Assembly (NCBI RefSeq): GCF_902713615.1
Contig: NC_052174.1
Span: forward strand, 12,704,514-12,768,513
Source of the DNA: Scyliorhinus canicula
Taxonomy: Eukaryota
Direction of reading: 5' to 3'
Length of the DNA stretch: 64,000 nt
The translations under genes and the position numbers were made by a program. Of this stretch, positions 49,233 to 61,252 are shown in pieces. The notes beneath the pieces are model-generated. The model searched no databases, was not told the origin of the DNA, and saw only the letters and a program-made list of their open reading frames with translations. How positions within the stretch are numbered: the first letter of the stretch is position 1; each line of letters begins with the position of its first letter.

Positions 49233-50004
49233 AAACGAGGATGAGAATTCCCTCTTGTTAGCTATGACAGACCTGAGGTCAGTGTTGATGAGGGAGCAAA
49301 GCAGTGGAGACGATGAGTGAACGGGACATGAAACGAGATGGGATACAGGGAGCCAGGTTTTGTGCTATATTTAGGGAAGGTGCCAGGATTGCCTGGGAAT
49401 AGAACCTTCTAGAAGAAACAAAGGGATGGAACAGGGTTTCAGGGGAAGACGAACTGAGACAGATGATGTTACAGAGGAGACAGTAGGTAATCTGACCAAA
49501 TTGAACGCACATTCTGTACAATTTTTCCCAAGACAAATAAATCCATTGCAATTTTTATTGGAAATATTTTGAACTTCATAAAACTGTCCCACTGAAAAAA
49601 AAATCCACTTATACACGAGATTGAGTGTATAATCTGCAGTCCCCCAATAGCAGATAAACAGGGAGTTTGCAGTTACTAAACCTTATCTGGGGTGTAACTT
49701 TCAACTGACATCTTGCAAACGAAAACAAAATATCGTTTGAGTGATCTAAAACAGACCCGTAAGTTGTTGGGGGTTAGCGTCAACGCATTTGCATTCCTTC
49801 AGCGATTTGCAAATCCGTTTTCAACGCCCGAATAGCAGTGAGGATCTGTGTTGTCTGATGGGACAGCGGAAGGCCCCAGCCAGTGTTCAGGAACGTCCCA
49901 GAGCAACGCAGGCCAAAGGCTTTTGAGGGTGGGGAATGTTTGTCAATAGGAGCCACCGACTCTCTCACCCTCACTGCTCTGGAGCTAATCAAGGCCCGCC
50001 CTGC

Positions 50005-50039
<35 letters not shown>

Positions 50040-50864
50040 CCCCGTTGGGAAGCAGTCTGCTGCACAACCCTGGCATCAGGTAACGTCCCCGAGGAAAGAG
50101 GAGGCCATCCCGCCTCTCGGGCCTGTTGCCGCCGCCACTCAATACGATCGTGGCCGACCTCCCACCTTTCCCTGCCCCTCTGTATCCCAAAAAAAAAACC
50201 CCCTACTCATCTCACTCTCAGCGTAGGGACCCAACCCTCCGCGGTGGAGAATTCCAGAGGTTCGGGAACTCTGAGCGAAGGCAACTTCCCTCACCTCAGT
50301 CCAAGATGGCCGACCCTTTTACGCTGAGACCGTGACGTTTCCCCCCTCCCCCCACACCACCCCCACTCTTTCCAGAACCGGGGACGACAGCCTCTGAGCA
50401 TCTATCCTGCTCAGGGTTGTCTTCTCTTCGAAGAGCTCTTTGTTGTTCCAGACCCTGCAGAATATATACGACATTCATTGAAATGACGCACCCTACATTC
50501 AGTCAACCTTAAGTTTAGTCTGGCGTCTAACAGGCGGGAAGCAATTGTTGTTGGACAGGAGTGGCTGCCCTCCCACAACCTGCCCACGATTGTTGCTGAA
50601 GAGTTCAACGCGTTAGCGTCACATTTTCACGTGCGTGAGTGTTATTTGTGAAGAGGTCGCCGTGATTGAAACCCCGCTCAGGAGGATTTGCTGTCGCCCG
50701 GCGATTAAAAGCCGAATCGATGGATAAAAGCCTCGTGGGCAACGTTGAGGACTTCGACCTCCGCCCCCCCCCCCCTCCCCATGAGGGGAACGAGCCGCAA
50801 ATTGATTTTCCTTCTCCCCCAAGTAAAATCGAAGATTGAAGGCAGGCGGGAGACGGGCTGACGA

Positions 50865-51070
50865 TCAGTCCCCTTCCTCCTCACCGCCAGCCAGCTCCTG
50901 GACTGAGAAATCTCTGCTCAGACCCTCCATGTCGTGGTCCCCCGTGTCCAGACGGTGCGGCGCACGAAAGGACGTTGCCCGCTGCAGAAATTCCTGGTGC
51001 ATTCTCACCTCCGCCTCCTCGTCGCTCTCCAGTTGCCGGCTAAGCTCGCATGGCTCATCCAACGAGGTCC
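50865..51070 (-). CDS. PTB adaptor, last coding exon (TSLDEPCELSRQLESDEEAEVRMHQEFLQRATSFRAPHRLDTG...EEEGD*)
   Basis: gtttctacag| acceptor, phase 1 compatible with the PTB exon; ARH-like tail. Candidate minus-strand AATAAA at 49554-49559. Confidence 0.78.
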
Positions 51071-51279
51071 CTGTAGAAACAATCCACACATCAGTTCGTC
51101 CATCAGGAACCTGGCCCGGAACTGCGGCCCAGGATCCAGAGAAACAACCTGTTTTTATATTTATTGCTCAGTTCAAGGTGATGCCTGATTGGGAGCCAAT
51201 GTAAATCAGCAAGCAAATCTTCGGCTGACGCTAAACTGAGACAGCGCTGTGCGGCAGAAGCAGGGGGGAAGGAGCACCA

Positions 51280-53484
51280 CGCTGTCAGAGGGTCAGTGCT
51301 GAGGGAGCTCCGCACTGTCAGAGGGTCAGTACTGAGGGAGTGCCGCCCTGTCAGAGGGTCAGTACTGAGGGAGTGCTGCACTGTCAGAGGGTCAGTACTG
51401 AGGGAGTGCCGCACTGTCAGAGGGTCAGTACTGAGGGAATGCCGCGCTGTCAGAGGGTCAGTACTGAGGGAGTGCTGCACTGTCAGAGGGTCAGTACTGA
51501 GGGAGTGCCGCACTGTCAGAGGGTCAGTACTGAGGGGAGTGCCGTACTGTCAGAGGGTCAGTACAGAGGGAGCCGCACTGTCAGAGGGTCAGTACTGAGG
51601 GAGCTGCACTGTCAGAGGGTCAGTACTGAGGGAGTGCCACACTGTCAGAAGGTCAGTACTGAGGGAGCGCCGCACTGTCAGAGGGTCAGTACTGAGGGAG
51701 TGCCGCACTGTCAGAGGGTCAGTACTGAGGGAGTGCCGCACTGTCAGAGGGTCAGTACTGAGGGAGTGCCGCACTGTCAGAGGGTCAGTACTGAGGGAGT
51801 GCTGCACTGTCAGAGGGGCAGTACTGAGGGAGTGCTGCACTGTCAGAGGGTCAGTAGTGAGGGAGTGCTGCACTGTCAGAGGGTCAGTACTGGAGTGCCG
51901 CACTGTCAGAGGGTCAGTACTGAGGGAGTGCTGCACTGTCAGAGGGTCAGCACTGAGGGAGTGCCGCACGGACAGAGGGTCAGTACTGAGGGAGTGCCGC
52001 ACTGTCAGAGGGTTAGTACTGAGGGAGTGCCGCACTGTCAGAGGGTCAGTACTGAGGGAGTGCTGCACTGTCAGAGGGTCAGTACTGAGGGAGTGCTGCA
52101 CTGTCAGAGGGTCAGCACTGAGGGAGTGCCGCACGGTCAGAGGGTCAGTACTGAGGGAGTGCCGCACTGTCAGAGGGTTAGTACTGAGGGAGCGCCGCAC
52201 TGTCAGAGGGTCAGTACTGAGGGAGCGCCGCACTGTCAGAGGGTCAGTACTGAGGGAGTGCTGCACTGTCAGAGGGTCAGTGCTGAGGGAGTGCCGCACT
52301 GTCAGACGGTCAGTATTGAGGGAGTGCAGCACTGTCAGAGGGCAGTACTGAGGGAGTGCCGCACTGTCAGAGGGTCCATACTGAGAGAGTGCCGCACTGT
52401 CAGAGGGTCAGTACTGAGGGAGCGCTGCACTGTCAGAGGGTCAGTACTGAGGGAGTGCTGCACTGTCCGAGGGTCAGTATTGAGGGAGTGCAGCACTGTC
52501 AGAGGGTCAGTACCGAGGGAGTGCCGCACTGTCAGAGGGCAGTACTGAGGGGGTGCTGCACTGTCAGAGGGTCAGTATTGAGGGAGTGCAGCACTGTCAG
52601 AGGGTCAGTACCGAGGGAGTGCCGCACTGTCAGAGGGCAGTACTGAGGGGGTGCTGCACTGTCAGAGGGTCAGTACTGAGGGAGTGCTGCACTGTCAGAG
52701 GGTCAGTACTGAGGGAGCACTGCACTGTCAGAGGGTCAGTACTGAGGGAGTGCTACACTGTCCGAGGGTCAGTACTGAGGGAGTGCTGCACTGTCAGAGG
52801 GTCAGTACTGAGGGAGTGCCGCACTGTCAGAGGGTCAGTACTGAGGGAGGGCCATACTGTCAGAGGGTCAGTACTGAGGGAGGGCCACACTGTCAGAGGG
52901 TCAGTACTGAGGGAGTGTCGCACTGTCAGAGGGTCAGTACTGAGGGAGTGCCGCACTGTCAGAGGGTCAGTACTGAGGGAGTGCCGCACTGTCAGAGGGT
53001 CAGTACTGAGGGAGTGCCGCACTGTCAGAGGGTCAGTACTGAGGGAGTGCCGCACTGTCAGAGGGTCAGTACTGAGGGAGTGCTGCACTGTCAGAGGGTC
53101 AGTACTGAGGGAGTGCTGCACTGTCAGAGGGTCAGTACTGAGGGAGTGCCGCACTGTCAGAGGGTCAGTACTGAGGGAGTGCTGCACTGTCAGAGGGTCA
53201 GTACTGAGGGAGTGCCGCACTGTCAGAGGGTCAGTACTGAGGGAGTGCCGCACTGTCAGAGGGTCAGTACTGAGGGAGTGCCGCACTGTCAGAGGGTCAG
53301 TACTGAGGGAGTGCTGCACTGTCAGAGGGTCAGTACTGAGGGAGTGCCGCACTGTCAGAGGGTCAGTACTGAGGGAGTGCCGCACTGTCAGAAGGTCAGC
53401 ACTGAGGGAGTGCCGCACTGTCAGAGGGTCAGTACTGAGGGAGTGTTGAACTGTTAGAGGGTCAGTACTGAGGGAGTGCTGCAC
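51280..53484 (-). repeat. 33-bp minisatellite, same family as 12770-13806, in an intron of the PTB gene
   Basis: ~66 units. Confidence 0.97.
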
Positions 53485-54640
53485 CTTTCCAGATCTTTCA
53501 CAGCTCCAAGACAGAGTCATTATCAACCCAAAATGTTAACTCTTTCTCCCTCCTGTCGACAGACGCTGCCAAACCTGCTGAAATTTTCCGTTTCTCCCTC
53601 AGCATGCGCAGTATTTATCTTTACAGAAAATATTCCTTTGTGTAAAATCTGGCAGGAAAACTGCCTTTTAAAAGGGATTAAACAATTCCATTGAGAGCTT
53701 GAAAGGTGATTTAATCGCTTTTCCTTTTAACGAGCTCTGCCATTAAACATTAAAGTGTTGAGGGAATCATTTACATTTTAATCTGTCCCTTCTCAGTGAT
53801 GTGGGAGCGTTTCCATCTCCCAACATCTCTTTCCTGTGATATTCTCATTTAGGTTGAGTTTGAGGACCTGTCCGATTCTTATCAGCTTGGGTTGGAACCA
53901 ATTTAACCTGTTGGTGCCTGTGGATAAGGGAGCGTCTCTAAATTGCATACCAAAAACTGATCTGAAAAGCACCTGGTGTAAGTAAGGGACCGTCCTTCAA
54001 TGGAGAGAAGGGTGTGCGTATCTGCCACACCTTTCACAATGCCGGGAACGCACCAGCCAATCGAAGCCCGGCCGCTGTTGTCCCGTAGGAACCCAGCAGC
54101 CAGCGCGCGCACAGCAAGATCCCGCACACAGCACCGTGATGACGGCTGGGACGACGGTTTGGTGTCGTTGGCCGAGGGCCGGGGGGGAGCCTTTGCCAGA
54201 TTATTACCAGGGCTGCGAGGGTTAACTGATGGGGGTCAGCCCCCACAAAACTTGGCTTGTGGGCCGTAGAGGTTGGAAGGTTGAGTGGTGATGCAGTTGA
54301 GGTGTTTAGGAGGTCGTTCGGAGAATCGATGGTGAGCCGCCATTTTGAACAACTGCAGGTGAAGGTGTCGCCAGGGGTGGTGGTGGTGGGGGGGAGATTT
54401 CCGGGATTCTACGCCAGCGACGGTGAAGGAATGGCCAAGTCAGGGTGGCGTGTGACTTGGATGGGGAACGTGGCGTTCCCTACGTGTCGGCTGGCGCTCG
54501 GGTGGGGCGGTCGCCGATGGGAGTGAGATGGGAAAGCTTTGGGATGGGCCTAAGTGGACTGGTTGGGGGGGGGCGGGGGACGCGCAAGACCCGTACGCTC
54601 CCAGGAAATTCTCCCGCTCCGGGGCGCTGCTCACCTCTAC

Positions 54641-55258
54641 CTGCATGGCCGTGAGATTTATCCAGCTCCTCAGAGCCACGACCAGTGGCTGAAGAGGGAA
54701 GCGGCAATGTTTGGCGGCTATACGTCTCGTGCCATTGACTGAACGCCATCTCAAAGGACTTTGCCAAGCAAACCGTGATGGCCTTGGCCTTCTCCGCCTT
54801 GTTGCACAGGAAGACGCGGCACTGGAGCTGACCTTTGCTCTTGCAGATGTAGAGGAAGATGTTGGTGTGGCCCCTATCAGCCGTGCAGTAGGCAATGTCA
54901 TGGAGGTAGGTCTTGGTGATCTGCCGGCCACTCGAGATCTCCTTCACCTCCAGGTAGCGGGGCCGCACCACCAGGGCGTGGTCCTTACTGACCTTGCAGG
55001 GCTCCTTACCCACCAGACGGTTGACCACCTCCCTGGTCTGCTCAACCTGCAGCGAGTAGATCTTCTCCATCCCCATGTAGTGCACCTTGAAGAGCGGGTC
55101 ACCATGGGACATATTCTTGGTCTTGTCCTTCTTAAACCTCCGACGAAAAACAGCCGGCGAGTTTTTGATGCTGTGAATGAACTGGAAGTTGTTGAGCGAC
55201 ATGATGTCAAACGTCCCGTGGACCTCTTCAAACGCCTCTTGAGACGGTTCGGTTAGAC
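54641..55258 (-). CDS. PTB/PID-domain adaptor protein (LDLRAP1/ARH- or FAM43-like), main exon; first in-exon ATG at 55202
   Basis: Acceptor cttttctcttttcgcaatccag|. PTB motifs FKVHYMG, IAYCTAD, IFLYI, CRVFLCNK..AKAITVCLAKSFEMAF..W. Donors after 54641 (gtagag) or 54635 (gtgagc), both phase 1. Confidence 0.88.
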
Positions 55259-56034
55259 CTGGATTGCGAAAAGAGAAAAGAGACCGTGTTGAGTTTGTTC
55301 ACGTCTTTCCCAGCATCGTGGGTGGGGCCAACATTTATTGCTCATCCTTAATTGCTCTGAGTGTCTCGCTCAGGCATGTCGGAGGGCAGCTAAGGGGCAA
55401 CCACATTGCTGCGTGGGGCCTGCAGTCACATGTAGGCCAGACCGGGTAAGGACGGTAGATTTCCTTCCCCTAACCCAGATGGGTTTTTACCACAATCGTT
55501 TCACGGTCATCATTAGACTTTTAATTCCCGATTTATTTTAATATATTGAATTTAAACCTCACCTTGGTGGGGATTCGAACCCTATTCCCCCAAGAGCAGC
55601 ACCCTGGGCTTTTGGATTACCAGTCCAGTGACAATCCCACCCCCTCCCCAAGAGCAGGAAAGGACGTGGGTCAACCATCACCGACTCAGCCAGCCAGCCA
55701 ATCACAAGCGGCCAGGGGAGCGAGAGGGCGCGAGAAAGACTTGTATTCCTGCAATGCCGTTCATGACCTCAGGGTGACCCCTCGCAACTTTGCCGTCATT
55801 TCTGAAGTGCAGTCAGGTGTCGCCGGTTGCGTCCACGCACAGCAAGATCCCACGAGCAGCGACCTACTGTTGATTTTTTTTTTGGTTAATCACGTTGGTT
55901 GAAGGATAAATACTTGCCCAGGGTGCCAGGGAGACCCCGTCCTCCCCCACCCTCCTCCCTCTTCCTCGGGTTCCCATACACACACCCTCGAGGGTGCGGG
56001 TCAGGCCTCGCAGTCATGTCCCAAGGACAGAACA

Positions 56035-57110
56035 GAACTGACTCGGTCATAGAAGGCAGAGAGTAGCAATGGAAGGGTGCTTTCTGATTGGAGGGCTGTG
56101 ACTAGTGGTGTTCCGCAGGGATCAGTGCTGGGACCTTTGCTGTTTGTAGTATATATAAATGATTTGGAGGAAAATGTAACTGGTCTGATTAGTAAGTTTG
56201 CAGACGACACAAGGTTGGTGGAATTGCGGATAGCGATGAGGACTGTCAGAGGATACAGCAGGATTTAGATCGTTTGGAGACTTGGGCGGAGAGATGGCAG
56301 ATGGAGTTTAATCCAGACAAATGTGAAGTATTGCATTTTGGAAGGTCTAATGCAGGTGGGGAATAGACAGTGAATGGTAGAACCCTCAAGAGTATTGACA
56401 GTCAGAGAGATCTAGGTGTACAGGTCCACAGGTCACTGAAAGGAGCAACACAGGTGGAGAAGGTAGTCAAGAAGGCATACGGCATGCTTGCCTTCATTGG
56501 CCGGGGCATTGAGTATAAGAATTGGCAAGTCGTGTTGCAGCTGTATAGAACCTTAGTTAGGCCGCACTTGGAGTATAGTGTTCAATTCTGGTCACCACAC
56601 TACCAGAAAGATGTGGAGGCTTTAGAGAGGGTGCAGAAGAGATTTACCAGGATCTTGCCCGGTATGGAGGGCTTTAGCTATGAGGAGCGGTTGAATAAAC
56701 ACGTTTTGTTCTCACTGGAACGATGGAGGTTGAGGGGCGACCTGATAGAGGTCTACGAAATTATGAGGGGCAAAGACAGAGTGGACAGTCAGAGGCTTTT
56801 TCCCAGGGTAGAGGGGTCAATTACTAGGGGGCATAGGTTTAAGGTGCGAGGGGCAAGGTTTAGAGGAGATGTACGAGGTACGTTTTTTACACAGAGGGTA
56901 GTGGGTGCCTGGAACTCGCTGCCGGAGGAGGTGGTGGAAGCAGGGACGATAGTGACATTTCAGGGGCATCTTGACAAATACATGAATAGGATGGGAATAG
57001 AGGGATACGGACCCCGGAAGTGTGGAAGATTTTAGTTTAGACGGGCAGCATGGTCGGTGCAGGCTTGGAGGGCCGAAGGGCCTGTTCCTGTGCTGTACTT
57101 TTCTTGGTTC
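56035..57110 (+). mobile_element. CR1/HER1-type LINE, 5'-truncated RT 3' end
   Basis: [37 protein letters not shown]; contains a stop and a frameshift; 3' UTR tail present. Confidence 0.95.
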
Positions 57111-58456
57111 TTTGTACCCCCAGCAGTGCAGCACTCCCTCAGTACTGCACTGCGCGTGGCGGCCTAGAGATTTCTGTTCTCAGGGCTTTGGAGAGGACAC
57201 AACCCTGGCTCGGAGCCGAGAGGGGTCCTATCTGCTCAGCCAGGGTTGACACACTCCCGAGGTCCTCGTTAACGTTCGAGGAGAAAATGTCTCCCCCCCC
57301 CCCCCCCCCCCCCCCCAAACCCGGGCACAGTCCCGATTTGGGGATTCCTGCTCAGAAGCAAGGACATGCGCAGTCAGGACACCACACATCACACAAGACC
57401 GGCCATTCCTTCCACCCTTGCTGCCTGGGTCGGCTCTCACAGAACGTCCGCCGCCTGCCGGGTAAAGCACAGCAAGATCCCACCGCGATGCGGGATCAGT
57501 GCCTCGGGGGCGTCCAAAAATGCTTGGCTTCGTCCCCTCCTTGAAGTGTAGTCACTATCCCTGTACCGTGGTGAGGAGTTTATAACGCTGATGGGGTTCT
57601 ATGAAAGGGAGGGGGGGGGGGGGGCATAGATGTTCCAGTCAGGACACAGGGCTCGTTTCTGTCCTGTGTACTCTCGGATATACGATATCGAATCCTACCC
57701 GACCTGCCTGGTTCCACTTAACCTCTCCGCTTCTTAGAGCGCGGCCTTGCTTAATTCCCAGTGTCTGCAACACCGACTCCTCACCCAACTCCGCCACGCA
57801 CACAAAGGCTTGCGCCAAGCGAGCATCAAAACGGTTAAGTTCCAGAAAACATACCTGACAAACCCACACCGGGCCGGGGTGGCGTTTCGGCGGCCGACTT
57901 TGTTGTCGAACGTATTCCGTTTCCAACGCAGCTCTTTCTAATCCCGTGGCAGCCACAGTCACTCGCCCACTAATTAAATTCTAAATAATTAACTCACTTT
58001 TCCCTCACCCCGTGCTCAGGGAATTAAATCTTTCCCTGGCAACCACACTGCCAATGAAAAGAGGCAAACACAAATTGAAGACCGTCCTCGGAGTCAGACA
58101 CACAACAATCGCAGCACCCAAAGGCTTGTTTTTGAACAAGGAGCTGTCACACCTTGTACTGATGTAATTGTGTGTGTGAGACTCTATCTAAACTCCCCCC
58201 CGCCCCCCAGCTTTTGTTTGTCAGTCCAGAGCTGGGTAATAATAGACAGAAGCCATTGTACACGACAGCCAATGACTGTGCATCCAACTCCCGTAAACTG
58301 AAGATTGATCGAGACTAGATAAAGTCGTCTCAGTGATATTGGTCAGGAACAAATATTTGCCCCCCACCCCCCCGCACGAGCATATTAGGGTGGATCTCAC
58401 ACACACACACACACACACACCCCCTCCCTCTCTTCCCCCGGCATCCTTCGAAATAA

Positions 58457-59462
58457 TAGTGGCGTTCCACAGGGATCGGTGCTGGGGCCTCTGTTGTTTG
58501 TCGTGTACATAAACGATTTGGGAGGAAAATGTAGCCGGTCTGGTCTGTAAGTTCGCAGATGACACCAAGGTTGGTGGAGTGGCAGATAGTGTTGAGGATT
58601 GTCAGAGGATACAGCAGGATATAGACAGGTAGGAGACTTGGGCAGAGAAACGGCAAATGGAGTTTAATCCAGACAAATGTGAGGTAATGCATTTTGGTAG
58701 GTCTAACATTGAGGGGATATATACCGTAAATGGCAAAATTCTGAGGAATATAGAAAGTCAGAGAGATCTGGGCGTGCGGGTCCACAGATCTTTGAAGGTG
58801 GCAACACAAGTGGAGAAGGTAGTCAAGAAAGCAGGCGGAATGCTTGCCTTCATTGGACGGGGCATCGAGTATAAAAACTGGCAAGTCATACTACGGATTT
58901 ATAGAACCTTGGTACGGCCGCACTTGGAATATTGCGCACAATTCTGGTCGCCACACTATCAGAAGGATGTGGAGACTTTGGAGAGGGTGCAGAGGAGGTT
59001 TACCAGGATGTTGCCTGGGTCTGGAGGGTGTTAGCTATGTGGAGAGGCTGAATAGACGCGGACTGTTTTCATTAGAGAGACGGAGGTTGAGGGGCGACCT
59101 GACAGAGGCCTACAGGATTACGAGGGGCATGGATAGAGTGGATGGGCAGGCACTCTTTCCCAGGGTGAAGGGGTCAGTCACCAGGGGGCATAGATTTAAG
59201 GTCCGCGGGGAAAAGTTTAGAGATGTGTGAGGCAGGTTTTTTACGCAGAGGGTGGTGAGTGACTGGAATGCGTTGCCAGGGGAGGTTGTGGAAGCAGATA
59301 CATTAACGGCGTTCAAAAGGCATCTTGACAAACACATGGATAGGATGGGTATAGAGGGATACGGCACGAGGAAGGGCTGAGGGCTTTGGCCAAGGGTGGT
59401 ATCATGGCCGGTACAGGCTTGGAGGGCCGAAGGGCCTGTTCCTGTGCTGTATTGTTCTTTGT
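58457..59462 (+). mobile_element. CR1/HER1-type LINE, 5'-truncated RT 3' end
   Basis: Same motifs as 56035-57110, frameshifted. Confidence 0.95.
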
Positions 59463-59674
59463 CCCATGCAGCCCTCTTGAGTTTTCTTCCCTCCTCCAAT
59501 ACCGGCCTCTTGAGAACCCCCCCCCCCCCCCCCGTCCCCCCCGTCCTGCCTGAGGCCTAAGATCGCCCACGTCCTCCCTCCCTCCCTCTCTCTCCTTGAC
59601 GTGCTTCCCAAATCCAACACCTTTAACCGAGTACCTGCCGTAACATCCCCTCATGCGCCTCAATGTCAAATTAC

Positions 59675-59858
59675 CTCCCAGGCGGCTGGGGACGTCCCGG
59701 TAGGTAGAAGGTGGCTATATCAACGCAGGTTGTTGTTGTCGCCGTGTACTCCAGATCAGTTTTCAGTCTGCAAAGGCGAGGCGCCCCCTCATCTGCCCGA
59801 ATCCTGAGCAGCCGATTGAAACCCGGCTGATAGGAATCCTCACGTCTTGGCGATCGAC
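59675..59858 (-). other. Candidate upstream exon of the PTB gene (coding status unresolved)
   Basis: tatttttggcag| and GAG|gtaatt bracket an open frame. I could not link it in frame to the PTB exon. Confidence 0.35.
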
Positions 59859-60064
59859 CTGCCAAAAATAAATATTTTGCTGTGAACGCTTAGAGATTCA
59901 ACCTTTCCATCTGGGAGCTTGCTGTGCACACGGTGGTGCAGCGTTCCAGCCTTACCCACCAACACATTCTGCTATCTTACCGTGACCATTAACTCCTCTT
60001 TAGTCCTGAATGCCACCATTCACCCTATCTTTGCCTGTGTCCAGGACATGTTCGTCCCGTCTTT

Positions 60065-60956
60065 ATGGATTTGCGGATGACACTAAAGTTGGAGGAGTTG
60101 TGGACAGTGCGGAAGGATGTTGCCGGTTACAGAGGGACATAGAAAAGCTGCAGAGCTGGGCTGAGAGGTGGCAAATGGAGTTTAATGTAGAATAGTGTGA
60201 GGTGATTCATTTTGGAAGGAATAACAGAAAGGCAGAGTACTGGGCTAATGGGAAGATTCTTGGTAGTGTGGACGAGCAGAGAGATCTCGGTGTCCATGTA
60301 CATAAATCCCTGAAAGTTGCCACCAAGGTTGAGAGGGTTGTTAAGAAGGCGTACGGTGTGTTAGCTTTTATCGGTAGAGGGATTGAGTTTCGGAGCCATG
60401 TTGCAGTTGTACAAAACTCTGGTGCGGCCGCATTTGGAGTATTGTGTGCAGTTCTGGTCGCCGCATTGTAGGAAGGATGTGGAAGCATCGGAAAGGGTAC
60501 AGAGGGGATTTACCAGGATGTTGCCTGGTATGGAGGGAAGATCTTATGAGGAAAGGCTGAGGGACTTAAGGCTGTTTTCATTAAAGAGAAGGTTAAGAGG
60601 TGACTTAATTGAGGCATACAAGATGGTCAGAGGATTAGATAGGGTGGACATTCAGAGCCTTTTTCCTCGGATGGTGATGTCTGGCACGAGGGGACATAGC
60701 TTTAAATTGAGGGGAGATAGATATAGGACAGATGACAGAGGTAGGTTCTTTACTCAGAGAGTAGTAAGGGCATGGAATGCCCTGCCTGCAACAGTAGTGG
60801 ACTCGCCAACATTAAGGGCATTCAAATGGTCATTGGATAGACATATGGATGATATGGGAATAGTGTAGATGGGACTTTAGAGGGGTTTCACAGGTCGGCG
60901 CAACATCGAGGGCCGAAGGGCCTGTACTGCGCTGTAATGTTCTATGTTCTATGTTT
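60065..60956 (+). mobile_element. CR1/HER1-type LINE, 5'-truncated RT 3' end
   Basis: FADDTK...WNALP; ends in a (GTTCTAT)n tail. Confidence 0.95.
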
Positions 60957-61239
60957 ATTTAATTGGGGTTTAAAGCATTTTTGGGCCTTCTTGAGGTTGC
61001 GGGGAAAATACAAGTTCCCGCTGATTATTTTACTTCCCAAAGGTTGATGGACGGGTGTGATTGGTCGGGAAAGGGTGAGGAGGGATGGGAAGGGTGGAAA
61101 AGTTTTCAATTTGAAAACAAGGTGGAGAGAATTTCATGCGTTTAATTTAGCAGCATCCCATCTGGCCCGGTGTTTGAGACGAAGGAACCTGAGCATTACA
61201 TCATCTGGGACCTGGGCCCGGGCCCAGGCCTGTTCATCG

Positions 61240-61252
61240 GTTGCTAGGCAAC
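61240..61252. promoter_or_regulatory. Consensus RFX X-box
   Basis: GTTGCTAGGCAAC (reverse complement GTTGCCTAGCAAC). Confidence 0.55.

Noticed and set aside
56370-57035. 221-aa RT-like ORF as an active or domesticated gene
   Set aside because: 5'-truncated CR1 with an upstream stop and frameshift.
57857-57980. Candidate exon with donor CAG|gtatgt upstream of the PTB exon
   Set aside because: Weak acceptor, and no combination with the 59675-59858 candidate gives a continuous frame into the PTB exon. It may be UTR; left unresolved.
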